Positions 52,560-64,000 of a DNA stretch of 64,000 nucleotides are shown here, piece after piece (the first letter of the stretch is position 1; the number at the start of each line of letters is the position of its first letter). The position numbers and the translations under genes were made by a program. Origin of the DNA: Heterodontus francisci (taxonomy: Eukaryota); assembly GCF_036365525.1 (NCBI RefSeq), contig NC_090383.1:10653384-10717383 (forward strand). Reading direction: 5' to 3'. Under the pieces are notes generated by a model. The model did no database searches. It was not told where the DNA came from and worked only from the letters and a program-made list of their open reading frames with translations.

Positions 52560-53010
52560 TTGCAATTTGTGCAGATGCAAGGATCCCCCAGATTTTCCCG
52601 TGTAGAGTTGGAGGACCTAGCTGAGGAGGCAGATGCCTGCCTACACCCCTCACCTCCCCACCCACTGCTCCCACCTCCAGAAGGCTCTCCGGGTAAGTTG
52701 ACCAGCAACATTAGAAAGAAGTACTCACAGCTCTTTCCTCTCCCACTTTCCTTCACTCACCTCCAATCACGGCACCACACGTCACTCCCACTCCTTCCAT
52801 TGCTACACTCTGTAGCTCTTACTCTCCTCACTCACTCACTTCCCCACAACTCATCATCTTTCACATAACATCCACACTATTCTACCTGGACACTACATTC
52901 TCAAAGCATCTTACCAGGCTACAACTAACTAACGTACTCTCTTCTTTCTTGCTGGAAAAGCTGGCAATCAATATGCATGAGTAGGCGGTGACTGGAGGAG
53001 GCCAAGGTAG
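52560..53010 (+). pseudogene. Relic of a Harbinger Myb/SANT-like DNA-binding gene with intron
   Basis: SPRFSRVELEDLAEE, donor gtaagt at 52693, branch point ctaac plus pyrimidine tract, then EKLAINMHE*AVTGGG (52955-53002). Confidence 0.5.
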
Positions 53011-53049
53011 CCAAGTCACTCATTGAGTGCCTGAAAATTGGGCATTGAG

Positions 53050-53412
53050 CATTCTTTTTTCATTCTTTCATGGGATGTGGGCATCGCTGGCAAGGCCAGT
53101 ATTTATTGCCAATCCCTAATTGCCCTCGACATCTGAGAGGCCTGCTCTGCCATTTCAGAGGGCAGTGGGTCTGGAGTCACATGTAGGCCAGACCAGGTAA
53201 AGATAGCAGACTTCCTTCTAAAGGACATTAGTGAACCAGATGGGTTTTTATGGCAATCAATGGTAGTTTCATGGCACCATTACACTAGATTTGTATTAAT
53301 TAATTGAATTTAATTTCCACCATGGTGGGATTTGAACCCATGTCCCCAGGGTATTAGCCTGGGCCTTGGGATTACTAGCTCAGTGACAGTACCACTACGC
53401 CACTGTCTCCCC
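53050..53412 (-). mobile_element. tRNA-derived SINE = 5' end + 3' end of the tRNA-headed LINE
   Basis: Head and body are collinear with 62047-62368; the tail matches the LINE tails at 15580-15635 and 41083-41140. Confidence 0.88.
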
Positions 53413-53799
53413 ATTTGAATTCCAAGGCCTTGGATTTCAAGCCAGCAGACACATATTTACAAGTTAAATAGCTCTCCAAGCACATCATGGTTGCCTTGTC
53501 AGCTGCGGCCTCAGTGAAATCTGTAAGTGAGGCTGCATTGTGCTGCGTGTTATCCTCCACAACATTGACGCATTCCAGTAAAGAATTCTGATTGGCTTAA
53601 ATCAGAGGATGGTGAAGAGTAAACTGACCTCAGAGAGCCATAGATCTTTGGTGAGATAACCCCATGATAGAAGACCAGGAACATGCTGCTATTGATGCAA
53701 AGCCGTAGTGCCAGGCCTTGCTTATTTCCCCACTGTGATATAGTCAATCAATTTACCAGGTTAAATGGGTTAATGCAATTTGATGGGAATGAGTATCCC

Positions 53800-54433
53800 C
53801 CCAAAATTTATCAAATAAAGTTCTAATGTCCCTTTCCCACCCCCAATAACAATTACATTAAGTATTTGTTCTTCCCCCACACCACCCCCCCCCCCCCCCC
53901 ACCAGAACACACTTACCTTTTAAATCGGACCTCCCTCCCCCACCAACCAGGCTACACAAAGTTTAAAGTTTAAAGTTCACCCCTTCCCACCATCCCCTAC
54001 ACCCATTATGTTTATTTGACCCCACTCCCCCCAGCTCCCCCATCCCACCCTGCACTGAAAATCTTAACTCCCCCCCGCCCCCTCCCCACCAGTGTCATGC
54101 TGGCTTTCCTCAGACGGGGAATTGAAGGCATGGGAGAGCCAGCCACCATGCCATAAATCACGGCAGGCCTGGAAGATTGAAGGTAAGTTGAGTTAAATTT
54201 AGGTATGTCATTAATTTAGCTATTTAACTCCAGGTCCCATCGCCCAGTGGCGGGGGGTGTGGGGGGGGTGGGGGGTGAGGGTTGCTGCCACAGAGCCTCG
54301 CTGTCACTGGGAGGATCGGGCTGGGCCCTCCCGGCATTGGCCTCTGTGGCGGACCGCTGCCATACCCATATTCCAGCACCCGCCCCGCCCCCGGCACGGA
54401 GTCCGACATTGTGGGCTTGGCAAAATCCAGCCC
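53800..54433. mobile_element. Harbinger-like MITE (related to 19835-20441)
   Basis: C-rich body ending in caaaatccagccc. Confidence 0.55.
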
Positions 54434-56008
54434 GAGGAGTGGAAGCTAAGGCAGCACATTATTATTCCTTCAAATAAATCCTTTGTTTGTGAAGTTGCTG
54501 TAAGGTTTTGTTACACAGTACACACAGGAGAATACAATGACCCCTTGAGATACTTTGTATAGTTGACAGGAAGCTTTGGGACTCAGGCTGATTTGATGCT
54601 CCTAAGGTTCAGTTGAGTCGAAGAGATTTCAAGGGAGGGGGTTTATCGGGTTAGGTAATGCCTCCTGGGGGTCTTTCGCATCTGAGTTAGGTTGAAGAGA
54701 AACTTTGGTATTCTTTAACTGAGTTCCAAGTTGAACCTTCTTACCGTCCTATAAGGCAGTCTGGGCATGTGGATGGAGTTATCCTGGTAGAATAGGGAAG
54801 AGCTCAGATTGCCCACTGTTCCCAGAGTTCCAAAGGAAATCTGTAAATTACTGCTTCCCATTGGCTTGCGAGCAGTGGCCAGCAGTGACCCATTGCTCGA
54901 ATGAAAGGTCAGAGGAAGCACTCCTTTAATCATCACAACCTGGATCTAGACATGGAGACCACAACCTCCAACAATCCCTTTACAAAATCTCCCCTTCCTC
55001 ACACTTGGAAAGGAGCCAGATTACTCCCTTTCGACAGCTAGCAAGCAAATTCTAGTTCCTCAAATGGGGACTTAAACAAATTCAACATTTGGTTCAAGAG
55101 CTGGCTATACTGGTGCAGACTGACCCCCACCTCCCATTTCCTCCCCTGCTTCCCAGAATTGTACCTCCATTGTCCATCAAGCATTGACAAACACTTCTCT
55201 CCCCTTTGCTCCATATCACTTCATCCCCACCCAAGGGTGCTGGATGTGCTGTGGTCAAAGTCAGAACTTTTCTTTTAACCACATCACCATAGTGACCTCA
55301 AGGGTATAATAGAGGTATTTTTTTTATAACTGGTACCAAACAAGGGTTTCTTGAACTTATTCACTCAAGCAAACTAGGGAAGTACAGTGCCTTTGTGCAT
55401 CAGTGGAGTGCAAAATTGAATCGACTAAACCCAGAACAACGTTCAGTTTAATTGACGGCATATTTCTTCAGCTCTCTCTGTGCCAAATGAAATATGACAC
55501 TGCAGTGGATGTCTTCAGTGCAGCAACTGAGAGAAAAAAATAGCCAAAGGCCATTTCTGTCCTGGTGATGTCATGCGCAACTGGGATGATGGCAGCTTAC
55601 TGTCACACTTCAATCTAGAATTTGCCATAATTTTTCAGGGTTTGGCAAACACACAAATAAAAGGACATGTAAAATATTTTTCAAAGATCTCAGCCCCCCC
55701 CTCCTTTGAATAATTTATGTTGTAAATGACATGCAGCAAGGTGTTTTTATCCTGGGATTTTCCATTGAATTATGTATTTTGGTGCGAAGTACGATTTCTG
55801 AAACAGCGCCAGAGAATTCCACCTGCCAAATAAGATTTGATTTAGAACAACCATGGGTGAGAACAGAACAGCCTGGCAGTTAAAAAGAGCCGACCTGAGC
55901 CCATTTCAGGCAACAGTTAATATTAACGATTTCAAATCGATAAGAGGTGAAAATTCTCCACCACACGCTGCAAAGTGTTTGCAGCATTTTCAGTTTTATA
56001 GAGTCATA

Positions 56009-57043
56009 GGGCTGAATTTTCGTTTTGGGGGAGGGAAACAGGAGTCGGGTCTGTTTCCAGGTCCTGAACCGCTCCCAGGGGGTGGGGGAACCAGTCTCTC
56101 TTTGGGATTTTGACTGGGGCACTTCCTGATTTGGCATGGAGACAGATTCCCTGTCCAATTAAAGGGGTAGGCAGGCTCTCTAAGCCAGAGGGCCAAATAG
56201 AGGCCTTCCAGCTTCAGAGAAGCGTGCAGCTGCAGTAAAGGGTAAGTAACTGAGAAGGTACTTCAACAGGAAGGAGACTCTCAGCCATTTTTTAAAAGAT
56301 TTAAATAAAGAATAGAAAGATCAGCCAGTTCACCACTGTTGGGGGGGAGGAGGGTGGTGGCGGGGCAGAGAGTCCCTCCACAGAGTCGCCTTTGACAGCA
56401 CACAGGCAAGGATGGCCTCTAGCCTGCCTGGAGTGCTGGCATCCGGCCTGCCATAGGGTGTCTACCTCCCAGCAGTTGAACTGCCCACCATTGCAATGGG
56501 AAGCTGGAGGTTGACTGAAAAATCCTAGTCAACCTCCATTACTTACACCATACACCTCTTAATGAGCCTAACTGGCTGCCCGCCTTGTGGGTGTGCTGGG
56601 GACATGAAAGGCCGCCCAGCGATAGCTGCCGGCCTTTCCATGCCCCGGGGGGGGGAGGGGGCCATGGCAATTGGGCACAGGGTGCCCGATTGAGGGCCGC
56701 CCCCACCTCCCAAGACCAAGACGCGCCCCCCCCCCCCCACAAACACCCACTCCAACCTCACCACGGAAGGAACGATCTCCCTGGTGAGGCATGCCCAACT
56801 TACCTCGTCTCCTGGCTCCATCTGGTCGGCTGGACTGCAGTCCCAGCAGTGACCACCGCTCCCGGTGGTGTTGCTGTGCTGGGACAAAGAGCTGCCGGCT
56901 CACTGGAAGTCCCGCCTCAGGACACTTAAAGCCCGAGGACCCTTAAAATGAGGGATGGATCCCCGGGCTAGGCGGAAGCGGGTTCGGCCACTGACTTTTA
57001 TGTCGGTGATGAGTTCCCATCCGCCTAAGGTAAAATCCAGCCC
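56009..57043. mobile_element. PIF/Harbinger-like MITE
   Basis: TIRs gggctgaatttt / aaaatccagccc and TSD ATA (56006-56008 / 57044-57046). Confidence 0.75.
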
Positions 57044-57179
57044 ATAGCCTGACGTACATTGCAACAGTGACTACACTTTAGAATGAATTCATTCTGTGCA
57101 GGCTGTTGGGATGTTCTGAGGACGTGAAAGACAGTAATACAACTGTGAGCTATTCCTTTCCCAACAGGCTACATTTGGT

Positions 57180-57675
57180 TAGAAACGTAGAAAATTTAAA
57201 GCATAGAGGAGACTATTCAGCCCATCATGTCTATGCCGGCTGAAAAAGAGCTATCCAGCCTAATCTCGTTTTCCAGCACTTGGTCCGTAGCCCCGTAGGT
57301 TATGGCACTTCAAGAGCATATCAAAGATTTTTTTTAAAACGCAATGAGGGTTTTTGCCTCTGCCACCCTTTCAGGCAGAGAGTCCCAGACCCCACTACCG
57401 TCTTGTGGAAATATTTCCCCTCTTCACATCTAATCCTTTTACCAATTACTTTAATTCTATGCCCCCTTGTTATTGACCTCTCTGTTAAACAGAAATAGCT
57501 TCTTCCTATCCACTCTATCATGGCTCCTTGAATTCTCAAGCCAGTCCAAACTTTCCGCGTAACTAAAATTCTCCATTCCCTGGCAACATCCTCGTAAATC
57601 TCCTCTGTACCCTCTCTGGTGCGATCACATCCTTCGGTAATGCTGTGATCATAATTGTGCGCAGTACTCTAGTTG
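57180..57675 (-). mobile_element. CR1 3' fragment
   Basis: SITRGHRIKVIGKRIR remnant and CR1-type 3' UTR. Confidence 0.7.
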
Positions 57676-58204
57676 TTCCGTCTCCTTACAAGAGGTTGCC
57701 AAGCAGTTTTTATCTAGAGAATCATCCACTTTAATTGTGGTCATACTGGTGTGTATACTTTGAATTAGCTGACCTTGCAAGTGTACTTCATTTGATGTTG
57801 TTAGCTACTTTAAAGGTCAAGTGACTAGAGACCCAACGTTTTGCTGCAAAGGACATGAGACCATAGCAAGACACAAAGTCAAAGGCACCGGAGTCAGGCA
57901 CGCTTTAGTGGAATAAAATTAGTTTTCTGGCAGATGCAGTCATTATACAATGAATTATGCCTAAGTTGTTCATATGCATCACAGAGCTAGCCATGTTTTA
58001 AACATTGCATTGGAACAATGCCTGCAGTGAAAGCACAAAATTAGTATAGAGTCTCAGGATTTTAAAAAAAGTTTCATGATATCTTCTACCCAGATAAAAG
58101 GGCACGTTTGCTTTGTCTGAATTCTCAAATTGAAGAGGAGGAAGACCTAGCCAGGACAATATTTGTGTTATATTTTCCATATTGTTTGCAGATAGGGCTA
58201 TTTG

Positions 58205-59505
58205 CTGCCTGACTTCACCCCTGTTTCAGCTCATCGGCTGCTGAAACCCTCATTCATGTCTTTGTTACCTCTAGACTTGACTATTACAATGCACTCCTGG
58301 CCAGTCTCCCACATTCTACTCTCCGTAAACTTGATACCATCCAAAACTCTGCTGCCCATATCTTAACTCGCACCCAGTCCCACTCACTTATCACCCCTGT
58401 GCTCACTGACCTACGTTGGCTTACTTGTTTTCAAATCCCTCTGTGGCCTCGCCCCTCCCTGGCCTCACCCCTTCCCATCTCTGTAATCTTCTCCAGCCCA
58501 AAACCCTCCGAGATATCTATGCTCCTCTAATTCTGGCCTCTTGAGCATCCCCAAATTTAATCGCTCCACGATTGGTGGCCTTGTCTTCAGTTGTCTAGGC
58601 CCTAAGCCTTTTTTGAAGATGGTCACAATTACGGCAGTGTTACCTGCCTTCCTGTAAGCGTTGGAAACATGCACACTGTACAGCAGACATCTCAAAGCTC
58701 TGGAGAGATATCACCAGTGGTGCCTCCGCAAGATCCTGCAAATTCAGTGACAGGACAGGCCCTCCAATTTCAGTGTCCTCTCTCAGGTCAACATCCCCAG
58801 TATTGAGACACTGGTCATGGCTAGTCAGTTACGTTGGGTGGGCCAGATTGTCCACATTGCTGACGCAAGACTCCCAAAATAAGATTTCTACTCTGAGCTC
58901 CATCACGGCAAGAGGCTACCAGGAGGGCAGAGGAGACACTAAAGGATGTCCTTTAAACCTCCCTGAAAAAATGTGACATCTCCACTGATTCATGGGAATC
59001 TCTTGCCTGAGATCACCCAAAATGTAGAAGAAGCATCCACGAAGGTGCCAGCCTGTTCGAACAACGTCGTCATGCCCAGGCTGTGACCAAGTGCAAACAG
59101 AGAAAGGAGCACTCGGAAATTCGAGCATCCCATTCACTCGCCTCACCAAACACCACCTGCCCCACCTGTGGCAGAGTGTGTGGATCCAGGATTGGACTAT
59201 TCAGTTACCTAAGGACCCACAACCCTGGAGTGGAAGAAAGTCATCCTCGTTCCCGAGGGACTGCCTAAGAAGAAGAAGAAGGCTCTAAGCTCTGGAATAC
59301 ACTTCCTACACCTCTCTGCCTCTCTACCTCGCTTTCCCCCTTCAAGGCACTCCTTAAAACCTATCTCTTTGACCGAACTTTTGGTCATCTGACCTAATAT
59401 CTCCTTATGAGGCTCGGTGGCACATTTTGTTTTTAAATGCTGCTTTGAAGCACCTTGGGACATTTTATTACATTAAAGGTGCTATATAAATATAAGTTGT
59501 TGTTG
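58205..59505 (+). mobile_element. L2 3' fragment interrupted by an RTE insertion
   Basis: AETLIHVFVTSRLDYYNALL, then the L2 tail resumes at 59280 (ctctggaat...gaagcaccttgggac...tatataaatataagttg). Confidence 0.85.
58608..59279 (+). mobile_element. RTE LINE 3' fragment with TSD
   Basis: CPTCGRVCGSRIGLFSYLRTH, (AAG)n tail and TSD aggccctaagc (58597-58607) / aggctctaagc (59280-59290). Confidence 0.88.
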
Positions 59506-60059
59506 CTTTTATTTTATCTATGCTTTTTTTTAAACAAAGCTTCCATATAAATGTGAAGTAATAGTAATATCCCTATTGCACAGTAGAAGACCTGTTCCCT
59601 TTAAAAACCATCAACACTGACTTTCTCGGGTTACTGTTGATGTGGGGAAGGTACAATGCGCTCAAGACACTTCTACCCTTTATACTACGTGCCCCGGGAC
59701 AATACAGTACCGTGTTGTTGAAACTTTCCCGTTACTTAGGTTATGTGTCATGCAATGAATATTAAGAGGTATAAGCAATCAAGGATAACTTTTGTTGAGT
59801 GTATTGGTTCTGCTAGGTTTGCTACATGACAAGAAACAAATGATTTTCACTGGGAGAAAATTTATAGAAGATGTCACATAAAATGCATTCCTTTATCAGC
59901 AATGATCATGATAATTTGATTGCAAAGAGATAGCACTGTGGGGATTTAATGGAGAGTATTAACTGCCAGAGTTGCATTGCAAGTAGTGACCGATTGCCTC
60001 ATCAGCTGCCCTCCACATTAACATTCTAATTTGCATTAAAACAGCTCACTAATTTATAG

Positions 60060-60284
60060 TGATCAAAACAGAAAATGCTGGAAATACAGAAACAGAGTTA
60101 ATGGTTCAGGTAGATGATTTTTTTTTTTGCCAGACTGGGAATTAGCAGTTCTGACGACAAGGTCATTGACCTAAAATGTTAACTCTTGTTTCTCTCTCCA
60201 CAGATGCTGTCGGACTTGGGAGTATTTCCATCATTTTCTGTTTTTATTTCAGATTTCCTGCATCTGCATTATTTTGCTTTAGTG
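60060..60284. mobile_element. Penelope-derived foldback insertion with 14-bp TSD and hammerhead-like motif
   Basis: TSD tcactaatttatag (60046-60059 / 60285-60298) and inverted arms aaaacagaaaatgctggaaata / tatttccatcattttctgtttt. Confidence 0.8.
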
Positions 60285-62046
60285 TCACTAATTTATAGAT
60301 GCTTTTTGTAAATTTGTGAGCTCAAAGGGAGGCAAGCCAACAGTGCAGAAATGAAACACTCACCCACTTTTGGCATCTGAACATAAGTTATGTGCAGTAC
60401 CACCAAATGGAGGAAATCTACTTCTACACTGCATCAATAACCAATCAGAAACTCAACCTCAGCAGAATATCTCCCTGCTGCACTTGTGTGACTGTAACAG
60501 TTTGACGCTCATTTATAAACAAATTATAAGCGGTTTTGCGCTGTAGAGTTATCCCCCACTAAGATAGGTGCCAAGACTGACCAAAGCTTTCGTTTTACAC
60601 TATTCCAATGAAACTCAATGCAAGCTTGTGGAACAGCGCCTCATCTTTCTACTGCTCACTTCATGGGCCTCTGGCATTATCATTGACTTCATACCTTGAC
60701 CACAGCTCTCATTTTCTCTCTTGATAGCAGGTGCTAGTAAAATAGAATGGGTGCACCACACTTCTGGGGTTGGGAGAAGTTGTGGGTGTTATAGTGGTAG
60801 GAATCGAGATCCCTATCGATATTGAAACCATAAGGCAGTGATGTTGAAAATGATCCTTTATATACCTTATTACTTAATAGTTAAATAGCTAAGGGAATGG
60901 TAATTTGGAATGCAGAGAATTGAAGCACAGGGGGTTTCTCTTCACTATGGGCTGAGGAGCTGACAGACAGCAGTCAGGTGCTACAGTGCCACCACATGTG
61001 GGAGGGTGTAACTACACAATGACATATTTACAGAAGTTTACATTACAAATGTGGACTCGGGCATTTACAATGGCAAATAGCAAAATGTGACAACAAGAAA
61101 TATAGTTTTGTGGACAGGAGGTGTGTGCAAATGTAAGGGTTTAAAGTTATTCCAGATATGTTGAAATAATCGACTCAAAATGCTAGAAAGTCACTAAATT
61201 AAAACAATATTTAGATTCTCTGAGAAAAAAAATCTCGCTTCTTCAGGTCTCAAATCCAATTCAAACTCTACATATTGCAGAGGCTATGTGTGGTCTATCA
61301 CTTGGACGAAGGGTTCAATGAGCACCAGGCCAGAGAATGTCTAAACTGCAGTGTGCTGTGAAGTATACAGCTTTGTACAAGATGGGTGTTAATAGACTGA
61401 AGTAGAAGACATGAAAACTACTTCAAATGTGCTTTATTTGGACCTTTCCATTCTTTATTACAAAGGCAAAAACTGTAAACAAGGAGACTCCCTGTCCACA
61501 GGCCCTTCACATTATTATAGCAATTTCCACAATATATCATCTCACATCTTTTAAAAAAAACATACACAATGTCATCAGAGTTTTTCCCTCACGAGCAAAA
61601 AAGTAAACAATAGCAGCATTCAATTATTCAACGACACACACATACCTCTGAGGGAGTGCATGGAGAAAACACTGGCAGTCTATGCAGTATGTGTGTAGCC
61701 TTAGAACAAGGTATACCTGAGGTACTGTCAATTACCATCAAAGTTGTATGCTTGGCCAAAAATGTCAGCTGTCACTTCAAATATCACCCAATCAATCAGA
61801 GGCCAGAAACCTTCATTCATTTTTTCCCCCTCAATAGTCATAGCCAGCAAAACTATGCAATTTTCACTGTCATAGGGAACCAATAGTCAGTCTGGAATAA
61901 ACCTTGTTAAACCTTGCATCTTAATTAGGACCCTTATCTTAATTAGGTGTAGCAGATTCAATGCTATGATAACACAAGCTCTGGTGAAACAGGTATCGCC
62001 CATGACTCACCGATTTACTCCAAAATACATGAAAATATCGAGAGGT

Positions 62047-64000
62047 AGGCAGTGGCGCAGTGGTATTATCACTGGACTAGTAACCCAGAGACCCAGGGTA
62101 TTTCTCTGGGGACATGGGTTCGAATCCCACCACAGCAGAAGGTGGAATTTGAATTTAATTAATAAATCTGGAATTAAAAACTAGTCTAATGATGTCCATG
62201 AAGCCATTGTCGATTGTTGTAAAAACCCACCATCTGGTTCACTAATGTCCTTTAGGGAAGGAAATCTGCTGTCCTTACCTGGTCTGGCCCACATGTGACT
62301 CCAGACCCACAGCAATGTGGTTGACTCTTACATGCCCTCTGAAATGGCCTAGCAAGCCACTCAGTTGTATCTAACCGCTACGAAGTCAATAAAAAGGAAT
62401 GAAACCGGACGGACCACCCGGCATCGACTTAGGCACCGGAAACGACAACAGCAAACCCAGCCCTGTCGACACTGCAAAGTCCTCCTTACTAACATCTGGG
62501 GGCTTGTGACAAAGTTGGCAGAGCTGTCCCACAGACTAGTCAAGCAACAGCCTGACATTGTCATACTCACAGAATGATACCTCATAATGTCCCAGACACT
62601 GCAATCACCATCCCTGGGTATGTCCTGTCCCAACGGCAGGACAGTGGCACAGTGGTATACAGTAGGGAGGGAGTTGCCCTGGGAGTCCTCAACATTGACT
62701 CCGGACCCCATGAATTCTCATGGCATCAGATCAAACATGGGCAAGGTAACCTCCTACTGATTACCACCTACCACCCTCCCTCAGCTGATGACTCAGTACT
62801 GCTCCATGTTGAACACCACTTGGAGGAAGCACTGAGGATGGCAAGGGCACAAAATGTACTCTGGGTGGGGGACTTCAATGTCCATCACCAAGAGTGACTC
62901 GGTAGCACCACTGCTGACCGAGCTGGCCGAGTCCTAAAGGACATCGCTGCTAGACTGGGTCTGAGGCAGGTGGTGAGGGAACCAACATGAGGGAAAAACA
63001 TACTTGACCTCGTCCTCACCAATCTGCCTGCTGCAGATGCTTCTGTCCATGACAGTATTGGTAGGAGTGACCACCGCACAATCCTATTGGAGACAAAGTC
63101 CCTCCTTCACATTGAGGATACTGTCCATCGTGTTGTGTGGCACTATCACTGTGCTAAATGGGATAGATTTCAAACAGATCTCGCAATGCAGAACTGGGCA
63201 TCCATGAGGCGTTGTGGGCCATCAGCAGCAGCAGAATTGTACTCAACCACAATCTGTAATATCATGGCCCGGCATATCCCCCACTCTACCATTACCATCA
63301 AGCCAGGAGACCAACCCTGGTTCAATGAAGAGTGCAGGAGGGCATGCCAGGAGCAGCACCAGGCATACCTCAAAATGAGGCATCAACCTGGTGAAGCTAC
63401 AACACAGGACTATCTGCGTGCCAAACTGTGTAAGCAGCATGTGATAGACAGAGCTAAGCGATCCCATAACCAACGGATAAGATCTAAGCTCTGCAGTCCT
63501 GCCACATCCAGCCGAGAATGGTGGTGGACAATTAAACAACTAACTGGAGGAGGTGGCTCCACAAATATCCCCATCCTCAATGATGGGGGAGCCCAGAACA
63601 TCAGTGCGAAAGATAAGGCTGAAGCATTTGCAACAATCTTCAGCCAGAAGTGCCGAGTTGATGATCCATCTCGGCCTCCTCCTGAAGTCCTCAGCATCAC
63701 AGATGCCAGACTTCAGCCAATTCGATTCACTCCGCGTGATATCAAGAAACGACTGAAGGCACTGGATACTGCAAAGGCTATGGACCCTGACAATATTCCG
63801 GCAATAGTACTGAAGACCTGTGCTCCAGAACTTGCCACGCCCCTAGCCAAGCTGTTCCAGTACAGCTACAACACTGGCATCTACCCTGCAATGTGGAAAA
63901 TTGCCCAGCTATGTCCTGTACACAAAAAGCAGGACAAGTCCAACCCGGCCAATTACCGCCCCATCAGTCTACTCTCAATCATCAGTAAAGTGATAGAAAG
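62047..64000 (+). mobile_element. 5' portion of a tRNA-headed LINE (APE-RT, no ORF1), running off the window
   Basis: tRNA-like head, then TNIWGL...PDIVILTE, YHPP, WVGDFN, LDLVLTN, GRSDH, GPDNIP and NYRPISLLS motifs, with several stops and frameshifts. Confidence 0.9.
62053..62127 (+). promoter_or_regulatory. Type 2 Pol III promoter (A box + B box) at the LINE 5' end
   Basis: A box TGGCGCAGTGG at 62053-62063, consensus B box GGTTCGAATCC at 62117-62127, and an anticodon-like arm ctgga-ctagtaa-cccag. Confidence 0.75.

Noticed and set aside
61896-61948. Short direct duplications (taaaccttg x2, atcttaattagg x2)
   Set aside because: These are consistent with local slippage; there is no evidence of function and they cannot be shown to be a TSD of the adjacent LINE.
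62047-62135. Genuine tRNA gene
   Set aside because: The variable region is oversized, there is no clean acceptor stem or downstream T-run terminator, and it is continuous with a repeat body also found at 53050-53412.

Overview
This is repeat-rich vertebrate genomic DNA, very probably from a shark or ray: it carries an HE1-type V-SINE, SacSINE1-like DeuSINEs, CR1/L2/RTE LINEs and Penelope-derived foldbacks. The window appears to lie inside large introns of a minus-strand phospholipase C beta gene, best matching PLCB1. Only one canonical exon is visible (69 nt, 39741-39809). Two further in-frame candidates stand out: a 27-nt microexon (39241-39267) and an 81-nt exon resembling a diverged copy of exon 2 (49214-49294). 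The most unusual signal is a LINE family that starts with a tRNA-derived Pol III promoter (A and B boxes) and runs into the endonuclease-RT ORF with no ORF1. By eye it has no TTTT Pol III terminator in about 3.8 kb of sense-strand sequence across four fragments, and a SINE made of its 5' and 3' ends is also present. This suggests a Pol III-transcribed autonomous LINE with its own SINE. Other features include Harbinger-like MITEs carrying promoter motifs and a splice donor, a Harbinger Myb-like gene relic, and degenerate hammerhead ribozyme motifs in Penelope-like elements. All repeat boundaries were read by eye and are approximate unless TSDs or TIRs are quoted.
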